A stretch of 53,612 nt of DNA from Candidatus Rokuibacteriota bacterium (lineage in GTDB: Bacteria > JAUVQV01 > DATDCY01), in NCBI GenBank assembly GCA_031406795.1, contig JANOHV010000023.1:1-53612 (forward strand), in the 5' to 3' direction. Position numbers and translations under genes: made by a program. The notes under the pieces are model-generated. The model saw nothing but the letters and a program-made list of their open reading frames with translations. It had not been told where the DNA came from and ran no database searches. Position 1 is the stretch's first letter, and every line of letters begins with the position of its first letter. Below are positions 48,141-53,612 of the stretch, in pieces.

Positions 48141-49352
48141 CTAACCGGGAGTCTTCCACCGGGCCGCCAGACGGACCGTGCCCGCGTGTTCGCCGTCGGG
48201 GGTCACGGTCAGTGCGCGGCAGTTGTCCAGCCGGTGATACGTCTTGTGGTCGCGCGAGTGGATGGCGAAGGTGAGAAAGTAGCGACCGCGCTGGAAGGGG
48301 ATCGATTCGACTTCGAACTCGATCGCGCCCTCCCCGTCGATTGCGGCGATGGCGAACCCGTCGATGGCCGTATTCGTCCCGTAGAGCAGGCGCCCCTCGC
48401 CGTCGCTGAGCCCGAAGCCGAAGACCGGGTCGGCGATGCGGCGCGTGGCGCGCCAGCGGACCGTCGCCGTGAACCCCTCGCGGGCGTCCAGCGTCGTGAG
48501 TGGTCCCCCGCGCACGTCGCGCAGCGCGACATCGAGGATCACGGCCTCGCGTGTGCCCCATTCGCGCATTTCCGGCCCCTCGCCCTGACCCGCGCCCTCG
48601 CCGAGGGAGTTGATCGCGTGGTACTCGCTGACCGCGCGGGCCGGCACGTCCTCGACGATGGTCTGACCGCGTTCGAGCACCAGCGCCCGGTCGCAGTGCG
48701 CCTGGATGGTGTCCATGTCGTGCGAGACGATCAGGAAGGTCTTGCCGCGGCGGCGGAATTCCTGAAGGCGCACGCGGCACTTCTCCCGGAATCGTTCATC
48801 ACCCACCGCGAGGACTTCGTCGAGAATCAGGATGTCCGGGTCGACCTCCATCGCCACCGAGAACGCCAGCCGCACGAACATCCCGGAGGAGTAGTGCTTG
48901 ACCGGGTGGTCGATGAAGCGTTCGAGATCGGAGAAGGCCACGATCGCGTCGAACCGCTGGGCGATGTCGCGCCGGCGCAGCCCGAGGATCGAGCCGTTCA
49001 GGAAGATATTCTCGCGGCCGGTCAAATCGGGGTGGAAACCCGCGCCCAGTTCGAGGAGCGAACTGATCCGCCCGTGGGTGCGCACCGCCCCCTCGGTGGG
49101 TGTGATGGTGCCGGCGATCAGGCCGAGCAGCGTGCTCTTTCCGGCGCCGTTGCGGCCGATGATGCCCAGGGTCTCGCCCTGCCGGACCTCGAAGGAGACC
49201 TCGCGCAGCGCCCAGAACTCCTCGCTGGTTTTCACGCCGCGCGAGAAGAGCCGCAGCGCCGCCGTCTTCAGCGTGGTCTGCCCCTGGTGCTCGAGTCGGT
49301 AGCGCTTGCCGAGGCCGCAGACGGCGATCGCAACGGGGACGGTCGCGCTCAC
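48141..49352 (-). CDS. wzt: Polysaccharide ABC transporter ATPase with Wzt C-terminal domain
   Basis: FWAL..VSF, GRNGAGKSTL, GAGFHPDLTGREN, YSSGM..RLAF, DEVLAVGD; C-terminal beta domain. Confidence 0.92.
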   Translation of the reverse strand: MSATVPVAIAVCGLGKRYRLEHQGQTTLKTAALRLFSRGVKTSEEFWALREVSFEVRQGETLGIIGRNGAGKSTLLGLIAGTITPTEGAVRTHGRISSLLELGAGFHPDLTGRENIFLNGSILGLRRRDIAQRFDAIVAFSDLERFIDHPVKHYSSGMFVRLAFSVAMEVDPDILILDEVLAVGDERFREKCRVRLQEFRRRGKTFLIVSHDMDTIQAHCDRALVLERGQTIVEDVPARAVSEYHAINSLGEGAGQGEGPEMREWGTREAVILDVALRDVRGGPLTTLDAREGFTATVRWRATRRIADPVFGFGLSDGEGRLLYGTNTAIDGFAIAAIDGEGAIEFEVESIPFQRGRYFLTFAIHSRDHKTYHRLDNCRALTVTPDGEHAGTVRLAARWKTPG

Positions 49353-49380
49353 GCCCCCCCCCCGTTCATCCGGTGAACGG

Positions 49381-49506
49381 GCAGGCCGCTCAAAAAGGTC
49401 CAGGTGCAAGTCGAGCGAAGGCCCGGCGAATGAGGCGTACGAGTGGTACGCCGCAGTGAGCCGGGACGAGCCCGGCGCCGCAGATGGGCCTTTTTCAGCG
49501 GCCTGC
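49381..49506. repeat. 126-bp palindromic MITE-like element, family B, copy 2
   Basis: GCAGGCCGCTCAAAAAGGTCCAGGTGCAAG...GAATGAGGCGTAC...GTACGCCGCAGTGAG...GCAGATGGGCCTTTTTCAGCGGCCTGC; colinear with 11432-11557. Confidence 0.85.
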
Positions 49507-50297
49507 TACAGTTCATCGGCGAAGCGGGGTTCGAGGCGGGTGAAGAGCAGCGCGCCCACGGAGAAGACCACGAAAACGCCGAGCAGCCCGGGCCAGAGCG
49601 CCGCCGCCGGCAGCGGGTCGCCGAGAAACGCATGCCGGTACCACGAGAGCAGGGCGGTCATGGGATTGGCGAAGAACAGCGGGGCCACCCAGGGTGGCAG
49701 GCTCGGGTTGCCCAGCACGAGTTCCGTCGAATAGATGACGGGGGTGACGAAGAACCCGGACATCAGCGCGATCGGCACGAGATGTTCGACATCGCGGAAG
49801 ATGACGTTGAGCGCCGAAAGCCCGAGCGAAACCCCGAGGCACAGCAGGAACTGCAGCGCGATCAACCAGGGCAGATGCAGCCAGGTCCCGCGGGGCGCGA
49901 CGCCGAGCAGCGGCAGCGCCACGGCCAGCACGAGCAGCGAGAGCGCGAAATGCACGAGATTGCCCAGCACCGCCGAGAGCGGCAGGATGACGCGGGGAAA
50001 CCAGGTCTTCTTGACGAGCGAGGCGTTGCCGAGCACGACGCCGGCCGCATCGCCGGCGCAGAGCGAGAAGAACTGCCAGACCATGACCCCGACGAGCAGG
50101 TGCGGCATGCTCGTCGAGAACCGCATCAGCCGGATGAAGACGAGGTAAACGAGCACGAGAAACAGCGGGTGCAGCAGGGACCAGAGAAACCCGAGCGCCG
50201 AACCCTTGTAGCGCTGCTTGAGGTTGCGCACGACAAAGTTCGCCACCAGTTCCCGGCGGGCCAGCACCTCCGGAAGCACCGGCCGGCGCTGCATCAT
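49506..50297 (-). CDS. wzm: Polysaccharide ABC transporter permease
   Basis: R.LK.RYKGS.LGFLWSLL.P, LVKK..FPR, FRDV.H, F..TPVIY, NPM, F.D.L. Confidence 0.92.
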   Translation of the reverse strand: MMQRRPVLPEVLARRELVANFVVRNLKQRYKGSALGFLWSLLHPLFLVLVYLVFIRLMRFSTSMPHLLVGVMVWQFFSLCAGDAAGVVLGNASLVKKTWFPRVILPLSAVLGNLVHFALSLLVLAVALPLLGVAPRGTWLHLPWLIALQFLLCLGVSLGLSALNVIFRDVEHLVPIALMSGFFVTPVIYSTELVLGNPSLPPWVAPLFFANPMTALLSWYRHAFLGDPLPAAALWPGLLGVFVVFSVGALLFTRLEPRFADEL

Positions 50298-50328
50298 CGC
50301 CTCGCGGAGGCGTCCGGCGGCCGCAGAC

Positions 50329-50613
50329 TCACTTGAGGCTCTTGACGAACTCCCGGGCGTCCTCCGCGGGCAGGGTCATCAGGCGCACCGACCCCCGGGA
50401 ACCGATCTCGACCGAGACGCGGGTCATGGTCGCGTTGTCCGGGGCCTCGATGACATTGATGAAGTCGTACTGTCCGAGAACGGCCCACTGCTCGAGCACT
50501 TTGGCGCCCATGCGCTGGATCTCGGTGTTGACCTCGGTCAGCCGGTTCGGGTTCTCCTTGAGGGTCTTGAGCCCGTGGTCGGTCAGCGTGGACATGACTA
50601 TGTATTTCGGCAC
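50329..50613 (-). CDS. GYD domain-containing protein
   Basis: MPKY...LT..G, LGQYD...V.EAPD; SD GAGGAGG before GTG 50613. Confidence 0.85.
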   Translation of the reverse strand: MPKYIVMSTLTDHGLKTLKENPNRLTEVNTEIQRMGAKVLEQWAVLGQYDFINVIEAPDNATMTRVSVEIGSRGSVRLMTLPAEDAREFVKSLK

Positions 50614-50716
50614 GGCGTCCTCCTCGTGGTCAGGGGTTGGAAAGCACCCTGCCATGATACCATAGACCACGATCGATCCTTGACGTACGCCGGCCGCTTG
50701 GCGTAAGTAATCGGTC

Positions 50717-51301
50717 ATGGTTCGCGTACTCGGCATCCACCATCTGGCGCTGGTGACGGACTCGCTCGACAGAACGCTCCGCTTCTGGCGCGATCTCGTC
50801 GGTCTGCGGGTCCGTTGCCGGGTCGGGGCCCCCGGCTACCGGCAGTATTTTCTCGCCGCCGGCGACCGCACCCTGCTCGCCTTCTTCGAGTGGACGGGCG
50901 CCGAACCGCTCCCCGAGAAGGACCATGGGGTGCCGAAACGAGGCCCCATCGCTTTTGACCACGTTGCGCTGGAACTCGGCAGCGAGGAGGGCCTGTTCAC
51001 GCTCCGTGAGCAGCTCGACGCCGCAGGCTTCTGGGTTTCCGAGGTCATGGACCAGGGGTTCGTGCGTTCCATTTACACGTTCGACCCGAACGGGGTCGCC
51101 GTGGAGTTTTCGGTGTCCGTCGCGGCGAGGGACCCGCGAACAGTGACCCGGTTCGTCGACCGCGATCCCGGGCCGGTGGCGCTGGAAGGAGCGGACCCGC
51201 AACCTGGCGTCTGGCCCGCTCCGGAGCGCTCGACACCGCCGGGTGAACGCACCGTCTACCCCGGACTCGAGAGCGGCTTCTTTTCCGGGGACGCGAAATG
51301 A
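50717..51301 (+). CDS. VOC (glyoxalase-like) family protein
   Basis: GIHHLALVT, FDHVAL, SIYTFDPNG..VEF. Confidence 0.88.
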   Translation: MVRVLGIHHLALVTDSLDRTLRFWRDLVGLRVRCRVGAPGYRQYFLAAGDRTLLAFFEWTGAEPLPEKDHGVPKRGPIAFDHVALELGSEEGLFTLREQLDAAGFWVSEVMDQGFVRSIYTFDPNGVAVEFSVSVAARDPRTVTRFVDRDPGPVALEGADPQPGVWPAPERSTPPGERTVYPGLESGFFSGDAK

Positions 51302-51398
51302 CGGTGGCAAGAGTGCGGGAGCGCTGGTAAAATAATCAATTCGGGGTTGGATGAGCCGCCCCGTGCGGAAGTCAGCGGGAAAGGAGCGGGTGAAGATC

Positions 51399-52454
51399 AT
51401 GGGAATTGTGAGAACCTCAATCGTACTCGGGGCGGTGCTGCTGACCCTGGGCGCGCCGGCCGGAGCCGCGGACAAGGCGGGGAAGCCGGCCGAGGCGCCC
51501 GCACCCAAGTCCGGCGCGAAGGCGCCGGCGAAGGCCGGCGGCGCGGCTGCCGACGCCATCGTCGCGAAGGTCAACGGCGTGGGAGTGTCCAAGAGCGAGT
51601 TCGACCGGAACTGGGAGTACTTCCTCCAGCGCAGCGGCCTCCCTGCCGGCCACGCCGCCAAGGACGACAAGGACGGGAAGATGCTGGAGTTGCGCCAGCA
51701 GGTTCTCGATCGGCTCGTCGACGAGGAGCTGCTTTTCCAGGAAGCGAAGAACCAGAAGATGCTCGCCGGCAAGGAGCTGGTCGACGCCGAAATCGAGAAG
51801 GCGCGCGCGCAGTTCCCCTCCCCGGAGGCCTTCAAGGCGGCGCTGGCCGAGAACAAGCTCGGCGAGCAGGAGCTGCGCGCCGTTTTCACGCGCAACCTGA
51901 GCATACAGGCCCTCGTGGAGCAGAAGCTCGCCAAGGAAGTGACGGCCTCCGACGCCGAGGTTCACGATTTCTACACGGGGAACAAGGAAAAATTCGAATC
52001 TCCCGAAGAGGCGCACGCGCGCCACATCCTCGTGACGGTCGCCGAGCAGGCCGACGAGAAGACACGCCAGGCGGCGAAGGCCAAGGCGGACGATCTGCTG
52101 GCACAGCTGAAGGGGGGCGCAAGTTTCGAGGAACTCGCCAAGAAGAGCTCCGACTGTCCCTCCGCCCCGCAGGGCGGCGACCTGGGCTTTTTCGGCCACG
52201 GGCAGATGGTGCCGGAGTTCGATACGGCCGCTTTCGCGCTCAAGCCCGGCGAACTCTCCGGGGTGGTGACGACCAAGTTCGGCTACCACATCATCAAGCT
52301 CGAGGAGAAGAAGGACGCCGGCGTCGTCCCGGAGGCCGAGGTGGCGCCGAAGATCCGGGAGTACCTCGTTTCGCAGAAGACTGGTGCGGTGGTCGAGAAG
52401 CAACTCAAGGCGCTGAGGGAGAAGGCCAAGATCGAAATCGTCATGAAGCTCTGA
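51399..52454 (+). CDS. PpiC-type peptidyl-prolyl isomerase (SurA/PrsA-like foldase)
   Basis: IVAKVNG, HARHILV, FEELAKK.SDCPSA..GGDLGFF..GQMVPEF, TKFGYHIIK. Confidence 0.92.
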   Translation: MGIVRTSIVLGAVLLTLGAPAGAADKAGKPAEAPAPKSGAKAPAKAGGAAADAIVAKVNGVGVSKSEFDRNWEYFLQRSGLPAGHAAKDDKDGKMLELRQQVLDRLVDEELLFQEAKNQKMLAGKELVDAEIEKARAQFPSPEAFKAALAENKLGEQELRAVFTRNLSIQALVEQKLAKEVTASDAEVHDFYTGNKEKFESPEEAHARHILVTVAEQADEKTRQAAKAKADDLLAQLKGGASFEELAKKSSDCPSAPQGGDLGFFGHGQMVPEFDTAAFALKPGELSGVVTTKFGYHIIKLEEKKDAGVVPEAEVAPKIREYLVSQKTGAVVEKQLKALREKAKIEIVMKL

Positions 52455-52472
52455 CCCGGTTCCGCGAGGGGG

Positions 52473-53459
52473 TTGCGTATCATGGGGGGGTGGGGCAGGG
52501 GGCGGTCCGCGGTTCGCATGCTGCTCGGCATGTTCCTCCTCCCGTGTTGCCTCGCGTGCACCGATCGCGGGGAGGGCACGCCCGTTGATCTCTCCCGGAG
52601 GGAACGTGTCGGGTACGCGATCCATGATCCCGCCGGTCCGCCCCTGCGCTTCGCCGTCGGCGCGATGCTGATACCCGAGGCGGGCAACGCCCTCTACCGC
52701 GCCTTGCTCGAGGAAGTCGAGAGCCGCCTCGGGCGTCCGATCAAGCTCGTCGACCGGAGCAGCTACGCGGCGATCAACCGTTCGCTCAAGGAGGGGACGA
52801 TCGACGCCGCGTTCGTCTGCAGCGGACCCTACGTCGACGGCAAGCGGGAATTCGGCCTGCGGTTGCTCGCAGCGCCCGTCGCGTACGGGCGCACGACGTA
52901 CCAGGCCTACGTGATCGTCCGCAAGGAGAGCCCCGTGCAGCGCTTCGAGGACTTGCGGGGAAAGAGCTTCGCGTTCACCGACCCGGATTCCAACACCGGC
53001 CACCTCGTACCGGCAAACTGGCTTGCGAGCCGGGGTGAAACACCGGGGAGCTTCTTCTCGCGCGTGGTCTTCAGCGGGTCTCACGACGCCTCGATCGCGG
53101 CGGTGGGCGGCAAACTCGTCGATGCGGCCTCGGTGGACAGCCTGATCTGGGAGTACGCGCGGCGCGTCAAATCCGAGTATGCCGGGAAGACCCGCATCGT
53201 CTGGGTTTCGCCGGCTTACGGTATCCCCCCCGTCGTCGTCCGGCCGGGGCTCGACCCCGAAATCGTCAAGCGCCTCCAGGCGATCTTTCTCGCGTTCGAC
53301 GCCGACGAAAAGGGCCGGTCCATCCTCGGCAAGATGATGATCGACCGCTTCGTCGAGGCCCGCGACGAGGACTACGACTCCATTCGCGTCATGCAGGAGG
53401 CAGTGGCGCGAGGCCCCGACGACCCGCCCGACGGCGCCGCGGCTGCCGGGCGTCCATGA
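52473..53459 (+). CDS. PhnD/PtxB-like substrate-binding protein (start uncertain)
   Basis: DAAFVCSGPY, FAFTDPDSNTG, SHD.SI.AV, D..YDSIR. Confidence 0.82.
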   Translation: MRIMGGWGRGRSAVRMLLGMFLLPCCLACTDRGEGTPVDLSRRERVGYAIHDPAGPPLRFAVGAMLIPEAGNALYRALLEEVESRLGRPIKLVDRSSYAAINRSLKEGTIDAAFVCSGPYVDGKREFGLRLLAAPVAYGRTTYQAYVIVRKESPVQRFEDLRGKSFAFTDPDSNTGHLVPANWLASRGETPGSFFSRVVFSGSHDASIAAVGGKLVDAASVDSLIWEYARRVKSEYAGKTRIVWVSPAYGIPPVVVRPGLDPEIVKRLQAIFLAFDADEKGRSILGKMMIDRFVEARDEDYDSIRVMQEAVARGPDDPPDGAAAAGRP

Positions 53460-53612
53460 AGCTGCGCACCAAGCTCCTCGGCGGCACGATCTTCCTGGTT
53501 GTCCTCATGGGCGCGCTGCTGATCTCCCTGCTGCGCAGCAACCTGGCCTCCCGGCTGGAGACGGAGCTGCAGCGGCGGGGAGTGTCCATCGCCCGGCTCG
53601 TCGCCGACGACA
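53456..53612 (+). CDS. Probable membrane sensor (histidine kinase-like), N-terminus, truncated by window edge
   Basis: ATGA overlap with upstream gene; MKLRTKLLGGTIFLVVLMGALLISLLRSNLASRLETELQRRGVSIARLVADD has a TM followed by a helix typical of sensor N-termini; no catalytic domain visible. Confidence 0.55.
   Translation, partial: MKLRTKLLGGTIFLVVLMGALLISLLRSNLASRLETELQRRGVSIARLVADD

Overview
GC-rich bacterial chromosomal segment from a diderm, probably anaerobic, deltaproteobacteria-like organism (taxonomy inferred from gene content only). Left to right it holds: the 3' part of a hyfB-C-E-F-G-I membrane complex operon whose large subunit lacks NiFe ligands (Ehr type); queC-E-D-F; an MFS transporter; TrmO-like, GNAT and hemolysin-III genes bracketed by two inverted copies of a REP-containing miniature element; leuC-leuD-asd; a partial type II secretion cluster (gspI,J,K,L,M,C-like,D); a TPR protein, a LolB-position lipoprotein, ispE and tRNA-Gln; an SbtA/SbtM-type radical-SAM RiPP locus; pyrG-kdsA-kdsD-kdsC-lptCAB-rpoN-hpf-hprK-rapZ-PTS IIA/B/C/D-ptsH-ptsI; an M50 protease; an orphan pilQ-like secretin; truA; DUF1573; wzt/wzm; GYD and VOC proteins; a PpiC/SurA-type foldase; a PhnD-like binding protein; and the start of a probable sensor kinase. 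The main finding is absent from the ORF track: a 75-codon peptide gene (25960-26187) with three in-frame UGA codons in S-U-(S/T)-G motifs. Each UGA is followed by its own GGU-loop SECIS-like hairpin, and the gene lies directly upstream of a SPASM radical SAM maturase, so it reads as a triple-selenocysteine RiPP precursor with a lipoprotein-like leader. Also notable are an in-frame UGA in leuC at a position that is often Cys in homologs, an in-frame UAG near the start of hyfG, and three families of short palindromic repeats.
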